Source: an uncultured delta proteobacterium
GTDB taxonomy: Bacteria > Desulfobacterota > Binatia > UBA9968
Assembly (NCBI GenBank): GCA_963771465.1
Contig: CAVYTU010000014.1
Coordinates: forward strand, 864,001 to 928,000
Direction of reading: 5' to 3'
Length of the DNA: 64,000 bases
The position numbers and the translations under genes were made by a program. Below, one piece after another: positions 58,094 through 64,000 of this stretch. Within the stretch, counting starts at the first letter, position 1. Every line of letters starts with the position of its first letter. The notes under the pieces were generated by a model. That model was not told the origin of the DNA and did not search any database. It saw only the letters and a program-made list of their open reading frames with translations.

Positions 58094-58726
58094 ATGGATA
58101 CGATAGACCGGAACGATGCCTACACCGTTACTTCGCTGGACGATCTCGCGAAGATTTATGCCAAGCCGTTGCCCCACATCGCCACCAAGGAAACCGACTA
58201 CATCACCGAGGTCGGGCGCGGCTTCATCGCGGCATCGCCGTTCCTGGTGCTCGCCACCTCGAATGGGACCAGCATCGACTGTTCGCCCAAGGGCGATCTG
58301 CCGGGCTTCGTGCAGCTGCTCGACGACCGCACGCTGCTGATCCCCGACCGGCCAGGCAACAACCGCATCGACGGGATTAAGAACCTGCTCATCAACCCGA
58401 AAGTCGGTATCATTTTCATGGTCCCAGGATCGGACGAAACCTATCGCGTGACTGGCAGTGCGACGATTAGCACGGACCCGGAGTTGCTGAAGCGATTCGA
58501 GGTTCGCGGCAAGCGGCCGCGCGTAGTCATGGTTGTCGCTGTCGAGGAAGCCTTCAACCACTGTCCCAAAGCTTTCGTGCGGGCGAAGCTGTGGGAAGCG
58601 ACGGCGCGGCCGAGCGGCGCGCCAAGCCACGGCGACTTCGCCGCCGCCCGTGACGGCAAGGATGCCGCATACGCCAGGGAATATAACGCGAAATATGCCG
58701 AGCGCATAAAGACCGAGCTTTACTGA
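58094..58726 (+). CDS. Pyridoxamine 5'-phosphate oxidase-like FMN-binding protein (MSMEG_1061-like)
   Basis: ASPFLVLAT, DCSPKGDLPGFV, IPDRPGNNRID, HCPKAFVRAKLW; GGAGG RBS. Confidence 0.9.
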   Translation: MDTIDRNDAYTVTSLDDLAKIYAKPLPHIATKETDYITEVGRGFIAASPFLVLATSNGTSIDCSPKGDLPGFVQLLDDRTLLIPDRPGNNRIDGIKNLLINPKVGIIFMVPGSDETYRVTGSATISTDPELLKRFEVRGKRPRVVMVVAVEEAFNHCPKAFVRAKLWEATARPSGAPSHGDFAAARDGKDAAYAREYNAKYAERIKTELY

Positions 58727-58975
58727 CCAGGCCGCAAAACGAGAGGGCGGCGACCAAAAATCCGGGCCGCTGCGCGTATCAATCAACTGTGATCACGCCA
58801 GAAGGATTCGACAACTTTGAACTCGCCTTACCTGATATCTATCATGGCCGCACTTCCCATGCGGACATCTGTACTGACTTTTTAATCTAGATTCCGAAAA
58901 GCTCCGCAGCGCAATGGATATGCCGGACGGCAATGGAGCGTATCATTCTTGTTACAGGGGCGAGCAAATTTGATT

Positions 58976-59239
58976 TCAGCTAACGAGCTTTGGAAGTCGA
59001 AATAGTTCTATTTGCTTTTCGCAAGCAAAGTTTCCAAAACATTCAACGCACACAAATTCGTTCTGGTATTTGCTCGGAACCACTGCCTTCCACACATTAT
59101 CCGGTACGTCGAAATCAACCTTGGCTAGCCCGCATGCGTGGCAAAGGTCGGAGCCAGGGTCATTGTCCTTCGATCTTTGCTGCCGCGCCATGACAATGAC
59201 CCTGGCGGTATTTCCCCATCTGCGTCGGTTCTGCTCCAT
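58976..59239 (-). CDS. Putative small Cys4 zinc-binding protein
   Basis: CHACG ... DFDVPDNVW ... VCVECF; ATG overlaps the upstream stop (TAATG). Confidence 0.55.
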   Translation of the reverse strand: MEQNRRRWGNTARVIVMARQQRSKDNDPGSDLCHACGLAKVDFDVPDNVWKAVVPSKYQNEFVCVECFGNFACEKQIELFRLPKLVS

Positions 59240-60165
59240 TAATTCAGAGGCTGTGGCTCGCCGTAGACAAAGTCGTCCATCATAACGATGTCGTTCTTCT
59301 TATCATCATCCGGCCCCGGGGGAACGTCGCCGGTTGTGATCCGGACCCGCGCGATGCGCGCGTCCTCAAACACGATGCCGAAGAAGGAAAGGCTCCCATC
59401 GCCCGGCGAGGCCGGAACAAAGCTGCTGAACAAAAGTTTGCCGTGAGCGTCGAAGTATTCCATCAGCGTACTGGCCCCGCGGTTGCCCTTCTTCGTTCCA
59501 GGGCCGCTCCCATCCGGCTGATCAACGTCTGTGAAGACCGCGCCGAAGCCACGGACGGTTGCCGGGTCACGCCCATTAGTGCCGGGCACGAAGAACAAAG
59601 CTTCGGTGATGTTGCTGCCCACTGGAGTGAACAACCGTGACGCGCTGAAGACACTGAAGATGTCCTCATAGGTCAAATTGTTGAAGAGTCCTGCAAGGCC
59701 CGAAAGAGCAACCTGCGAAAGACCTATCCCCGGTGTGGTGAACTGGCTGCCGCGGGTGTTCAGGAACGTGGTGAACGGCGTCACCGGCAGGGTTGTGGCC
59801 GTAATGGCGGAGTTGCCGCCATCCCAGTTGATCTCGCGCCGACCGCTTCTGTCGAGCGGTGGTGGATTATTACCGTTGTTGGGATCGCCCAGAGCGTCGC
59901 GGAACGCATCGACCGTGCTCTGAATCGAGTCGGCCGTTGACCCTGCCGCCTGGAACACAATCGGCGCAACAAAGTCCTTGGATGTGTTGCCCTGCGCGTG
60001 CACAGCCTGGCGGACTGGGACTAGCAACGTCATGAACAACAAGCCAAACGCGAGTACGTGAGTTAAAGATACATGCCTCTTCATGATTGCATGATCTATC
60101 GAGCCCCCTGGGCAGGGATGGTTATTTTCGACTTCCTCAATTTTCGTTGTAACTATGGTATTCAT
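59239..60165 (-). CDS. Secreted hypothetical protein with RREINWDG motif
   Basis: Hydrophobic signal-like segment ending AVHA; motifs RREINWDG, GFGAVFTDVD, SFFGIVF, DIVMMDDFVYGEP. Start uncertain (60165 or 60084). Confidence 0.8.
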   Translation of the reverse strand: MNTIVTTKIEEVENNHPCPGGSIDHAIMKRHVSLTHVLAFGLLFMTLLVPVRQAVHAQGNTSKDFVAPIVFQAAGSTADSIQSTVDAFRDALGDPNNGNNPPPLDRSGRREINWDGGNSAITATTLPVTPFTTFLNTRGSQFTTPGIGLSQVALSGLAGLFNNLTYEDIFSVFSASRLFTPVGSNITEALFFVPGTNGRDPATVRGFGAVFTDVDQPDGSGPGTKKGNRGASTLMEYFDAHGKLLFSSFVPASPGDGSLSFFGIVFEDARIARVRITTGDVPPGPDDDKKNDIVMMDDFVYGEPQPLN

Positions 60166-60237
60166 TTCTTCTTCCTTTCTTATTTCATATGGGTTATTCG
60201 TGCTTTCCAATTGGACGTGAGCAAATCTTATCGAAGC

Positions 60238-60339
60238 TCATTCGATTCTCCGGTTCGCGATTAAATAATTTTTCTTTGGACAGAGGTGGTTGATGGCCGG
60301 ATGAATGATAACGATCACAAGCAAAAACGACTCGCTCAT
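60238..60339 (-). CDS. Possible 33-aa peptide (MSESFLLVIVIIHPAINHLCPKKNYLIANRRIE)
   Basis: Doubled AGGAG RBS directly upstream; lies between the ECF-type promoter and the secreted-protein gene. Could be a gene remnant. Confidence 0.35.
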   Translation of the reverse strand: MSESFLLVIVIIHPAINHLCPKKNYLIANRRIE

Positions 60340-60472
60340 AAAAATTCTCCTATCTCCTAACGTAAATCTCGTTTCGCAAATCCATTTTCCCTGATTAACG
60401 GTCTCTGATTTCTCGGGGTCTTTTTTCCAACCCCAGCGACATGCAAAGTGAACCGTGTTCAGTGGACGTGCG

Positions 60473-60503
60473 GTATATCCCTCTGCGTAAGCAAAAGGTT
60501 CTA
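60473..60503 (-). promoter_or_regulatory. Candidate ECF sigma promoter (target copy)
   Basis: Minus strand TAGAACC-ttttgcttacgcaga-GGGATATAC; boxes and 15-nt spacer length identical to 63425..63455. Confidence 0.78.
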
Positions 60504-60715
60504 ACGCGTCCTAGTTATATAGACTTGCAAATGGGACGCGGCCTATCGATCGCGGGCAGGGAACGAGTAGGGGGACTTGACGTTATTAGCTTCGTCTAAC
60601 GCCAAGGATTAGGATGTAGCGCGAAGACAGTGAGTCAGTTGCAAGAAGGCCATTTTTGGCAGGAACACGTATGTAGGGGTCTTCAGAATCATCAAGTTAG
60701 ATCGCGAAAAAATAT

Positions 60716-61960
60716 CTACGAACATGCGTCACGCACAACTCGCCGCAGCGCCTCACAAGCATCCACATGACGGAGTGACACGGATTCTGGATCATTTTTA
60801 TTCACGGGGCGGCCAGTTTCGACTAGTAGCTCTCTCACCTCGCGCGGCGACAATTGTGGATTTGCTTCGAGCAGTAGAGCGACAATCCCGGAAACATGAG
60901 CTGCGGCAAAGGAACTGCCGGAGAGAAAATTGTAACCGCCATGGGGCACCGTGGTCAGCACCTCAATGCCGGGTGCAGCCAGTGTTGCTGGATGTTTGTC
61001 CAAGCGCGCGCGCACGTTCCCTTGTGCGTCACTGGACACCACAGCGATTACTGCCGATAAGCTGCTGGGAAAGCTAAGCGCCGGATCTCCACCTTCCATC
61101 ACGGCAGCCACTACCGTGATGCGTTGCTCATCTATGGCTTTAACGATCAGCCGCCTTAGAAGGGGATCGGCAGGTCCGGATAAGCTGAGATTTAGAACCC
61201 GCACCCGCTCAACAATGGCAAAGTCGATCGCCTTGGCGAGGGTCCAGCTGCTACACGACGCCTCCGGGTTCCCGGGCCGGCGATGCCAGCACGCTTTTAC
61301 AGCCAAAAGGTCAGCATCAGGAGCGATTCCGTAGATGCCGAGCCCATTGCCGGCCCGCGCCCCGATCACACCAGCAACAGCAGTGCCGTGCTGATCGGCC
61401 GTGAACGTCTTTTCGCCTCCCTCGACAAAGTTAATCGTCTTGACAACTCGATCCGCGAGGTCGGGGTGGTTGGTATCAACCCCAGTATCAACAACAGCTA
61501 CACGCACACCTCGACCTGTTACCCAGGCTTGGGCTCGATCGGCATGGACCGCGCGCGGCCCATATTGAAGAGGCGCGTACGGATCTTGAGCGCGCGCTCG
61601 GAGACTCTGGAAAAATTGGTTCTGCTGGACTGATTCCACGCGAGGGTCAACCGTTAACTGCGCCAGCACATCATCGAGCGGACGACTTTCGCTTACCTGA
61701 AAAACAACACATTGCACGCCGAGAGAGGTAAGTGGGAAAGCGCCGACTTGATCCAGGCCATACTCGCCTGAAAGCTCTTTGGCGAGGGTGGCCCAGACCT
61801 CTGGTGCGGCGGGAGCAAGGGTGACAATCACCTGCCGAGCCTGTAGCTGTCGGGGAAGTGCCTCAGCCTCTTCACCAACTCCTCTCTGTAAAGCGAGACC
61901 GCTGCACCCGGCAGTCAAAAACGCTAATCCAACGAGAAGAGACAATATTCGTATCATCAC
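60716..61960 (-). CDS. S8 subtilisin-like serine peptidase, predicted lipoprotein
   Basis: Lipobox-like TAGC; prodomain; catalytic VVDTG, HGT, SGSSFAAAH; GTG start overlaps the anti-sigma stop. Confidence 0.93.
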   Translation of the reverse strand: MMIRILSLLVGLAFLTAGCSGLALQRGVGEEAEALPRQLQARQVIVTLAPAAPEVWATLAKELSGEYGLDQVGAFPLTSLGVQCVVFQVSESRPLDDVLAQLTVDPRVESVQQNQFFQSLRARAQDPYAPLQYGPRAVHADRAQAWVTGRGVRVAVVDTGVDTNHPDLADRVVKTINFVEGGEKTFTADQHGTAVAGVIGARAGNGLGIYGIAPDADLLAVKACWHRRPGNPEASCSSWTLAKAIDFAIVERVRVLNLSLSGPADPLLRRLIVKAIDEQRITVVAAVMEGGDPALSFPSSLSAVIAVVSSDAQGNVRARLDKHPATLAAPGIEVLTTVPHGGYNFLSGSSFAAAHVSGIVALLLEANPQLSPREVRELLVETGRPVNKNDPESVSLRHVDACEALRRVVRDACS

Positions 61961-62649
61961 GGTTGTTTCAGTTCGGCAAAACGCACTTTGGGATGTGCGC
62001 GCAATACCGTGAGTGTCTCCCGAGTTCGCGCAGGGCCTTCGCGATCATCACCGACTAAAGCTACAATGTAGACGGCCATCGGGGTTGGCCCTGCCACAAT
62101 CGTGGCTCCCAGGCTGCTGAGCAATGTCCTGATTTCCCGCTCGGTTATATCGTCAGCAAAAACCACTTGAAGATGCACTCGACCCGGCTCCGGACCGCTA
62201 CCCGCGTCCGACAGTGTCCGATAAGGAGCGACCGAAGCCTGCCACATAATGGCTGCGGTTAGGAGGACAATCGCCGCGGTCTGTGCGGCCAATGCCCAAC
62301 GGAATGAGGACGGTGTCTCCTGGAAATGAAGCCGGATTTTTTCAATCCACTCGCGGACACGAATTCGCCAGTGCTCCGGAGCAGCCGAAATGCTTGCACG
62401 GTCGACGCGCTCCATTAGACGCGCAAGATGCTCCGGTGACGGCGTCCACGCAGCCTCTTTGGCGCTGCGGACTGCGGTGGCGATCGACTGACATCGCGTG
62501 ACCTCGTCCGCGCAGCTCTGACACCTCAGAATGTGGCGAGCGACAAATTGCTGTTCGTGACCTTCCAAAGTGCCGTTGACGTACCAGGGCAGGATCTCCC
62601 ACGCTTTTTGGTGCTGGTTCCCATCGGCTTCATCACTTGGGTCTCGCAT
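61957..62649 (-). CDS. zf-HC2 transmembrane anti-sigma factor
   Basis: LPWYVNGTL...HILRCQSC (HxxxCxxC), TM segment WALAAQTAAIVLLTAAIMW, C-terminal extracytoplasmic domain. Confidence 0.9.
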   Translation of the reverse strand: MRDPSDEADGNQHQKAWEILPWYVNGTLEGHEQQFVARHILRCQSCADEVTRCQSIATAVRSAKEAAWTPSPEHLARLMERVDRASISAAPEHWRIRVREWIEKIRLHFQETPSSFRWALAAQTAAIVLLTAAIMWQASVAPYRTLSDAGSGPEPGRVHLQVVFADDITEREIRTLLSSLGATIVAGPTPMAVYIVALVGDDREGPARTRETLTVLRAHPKVRFAELKQP

Positions 62650-62686
62650 ATTGTTTAGTTCCTTCTTCTGATCATGATCTTTTCGA

Positions 62687-63232
62687 CTAAACGGCGAAAA
62701 GTGAAGCCAGCCGTCGGCGGGCATACGACATTCGGGTTTTCACAGTATTCACAGGACATCCAACAATCTTTGCGATCTCTGCATAGGACAGGTCGTGATA
62801 GTAAGTTAGCTCCACAACCGCACCTTGCTCAGGAGGCAGGCTGTCAATGGCCCGCGCCACAGCGCCAGCCAACTCACGGTGGGCCAAGGAATCCTCAGGG
62901 CCAGTGGGCTCGACTCCGTAGGGCTCCGCCTCTCGGACCTCAGTATCGAACCTAGCAGACCGTGCCCGGGCCTTGAGCGCCTTGTTGTAAGCAATACCCA
63001 GTATCCAGGTTGAGAGTCGCGAGGTTCCGTTAAAGCGCGACGCGGTTTCCCAAACCACCATCATCACGTCATTCAGCGCTTCCTCAACACTTTCTCGCTG
63101 GCGGATTAATTTCCACAAGTAGCGGTAGACGACGGGCGAATAGCGGTGATAGAGAGTCTCGAACGCTTGGCGATCTCGTCTGACCACGCGCCGAATAAGT
63201 TCCAAGTCGTCCTCAGAGGCGGAGGGTTGCAT
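62687..63232 (-). CDS. ECF RNA polymerase sigma factor
   Basis: AFETLYHRY, EEALNDVMMVVW, LSTWILGIAYN, LSYAEIAKIVGCPVNTVKTRMSYARRRL. Start set at ATG 63232 after GGAG. Confidence 0.95.
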   Translation of the reverse strand: MQPSASEDDLELIRRVVRRDRQAFETLYHRYSPVVYRYLWKLIRQRESVEEALNDVMMVVWETASRFNGTSRLSTWILGIAYNKALKARARSARFDTEVREAEPYGVEPTGPEDSLAHRELAGAVARAIDSLPPEQGAVVELTYYHDLSYAEIAKIVGCPVNTVKTRMSYARRRLASLFAV

Positions 63233-63424
63233 GGGGGTCTCTCCATGCATGAGCTGGCCCACCGTGGGGCCATTCGCTCCTGCACGCACAGGGACCCTCA
63301 ATGTAGGGTAAAGGGGTTGCTCCAGCAAGTAAAAGATTCGTAGAGGGCCGTTATCTCGTCCAATGCAATGGATGGCCTCCTACTTTACCCCCTGTCTTAC
63401 TCGCTCGGTTTCCATGTCTAAGGC

Positions 63425-63455
63425 GTATATCCCGCGAACCGGCGCTTAGGTTCTA
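63425..63455 (-). promoter_or_regulatory. Candidate ECF sigma promoter (autoregulatory copy)
   Basis: Minus strand TAGAACC-taagcgccggttcgc-GGGATATAC upstream of the ECF gene. Confidence 0.78.
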
Positions 63456-63582
63456 TATCAATATGAGAAATGTCTCTGGAACCAGAGTCCCCAAAACTAA
63501 AGTTGTGAATTTTCTTACGGAAATTAAAAGAAAATCCGAGCGAAAAGGGACGAGAAAAGAGGACGCGAACCTTTTTTCACTT

Positions 63583-63752
63583 CTTGAACGGTTGAAACAT
63601 GGAACCACTGGAACGAGTTCCCCTAGTTGAACCGCTGGAACGATGGGAACGACTGGAACTATTGGAACCAATCTTTAGTGAAACGTCTGGAACCAACATT
63701 TTTCAACGGCTTGAACGGAGCGCAGCGATTGAACGACTGGAACGGTTGGAAC
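63583..63752 (+). repeat. Longest TGGAAC/TTGAAC 9-nt-period repeat cluster
   Basis: Multiple units such as CGCTGGAAC, GATGGGAAC, GACTGGAAC, TATTGGAAC, GGTTGGAAC; contains the blocks also seen at 48154 and 56950. Confidence 0.85.
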
Positions 63753-64000
63753 AAATGTTTTCGGGTCAGGCTGACCTGCGCACGATTTCACGGACAGTTA
63801 ATTAAGCGACACTCCAACGAACTTCTACTGCAGCGTGTTTGATAATTCAATGACTGATGCAGTCGTTTGCGATTGTAAAACAGTTCGATGTACTCAAAGA
63901 TTTCTGCTCGTGCCTCCGCTCGCGTCTCTTACGTCGCTGACCAATTTCCGAATTCATTGATCCCGCACTGTCTCTATGACTTTTGGCCGGTACTGATCTA

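Noticed and set aside
37300-60700. Integron cassette array or prophage as explanation for the mosaic region
   Set aside because: No integrase, transposase or phage gene seen, gene orientations are mixed, and I found no convincing attC-type RYYYAAC...GTTRRRY sites.
63583-63752. Possible CRISPR array
   Set aside because: Units are 9 nt and contiguous, with no ~30-nt repeats, unique spacers or cas genes.
63453-63842. ORFs with LERLE, VPIVP or WNDWN periodic sequence
   Set aside because: These are translations of the 9-nt DNA repeat in different frames, with no RBS or other support.

Overview
A bacterial chromosomal window, mostly GC-rich and almost entirely protein-coding. No rRNA, tRNA, CRISPR array, transposase or integrase was recognisable by eye. 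The gene content (many orphan ABC solute-binding proteins, luciferase-like oxidoreductases, amidohydrolases, cupins) resembles Candidatus Binatia or related delta-proteobacteria-like soil genomes; this taxonomy is an inference. The first ~33 kb holds a PolA with actinobacterial-type motifs (Tyr at the E. coli F762 position), two tandem ThDP-dependent E1 alpha/beta pairs without E2/E3, aat, a D-aminoacylase, and a Dpp-type transporter cluster with two intact and one collapsed binding-protein gene. From ~33 kb to the end the region is a mosaic with several pseudogene scars and dispersed repeats. The most interesting candidates are: (1) an ECF sigma / zf-HC2 anti-sigma / subtilase lipoprotein operon, where the anti-sigma's external domain resembles a subtilase propeptide and the motif TAGAACC-N15-GGGATATAC lies upstream of both this operon and a neighbouring secreted-protein operon; (2) a sigma54 activator with a Cys-less LOV-like PAS domain, followed by TGAGAC palindromes, a sigma54 promoter and a fasciclin gene; (3) a sigma54-driven 69-aa protein with exact C2H2 zinc-finger spacing, followed by a structured, C-rich 3' region; (4) a triplicated 3'-end remnant of a Bcr/CflA gene; (5) a family of strand-polarised 9-nt TGGAAC repeats.
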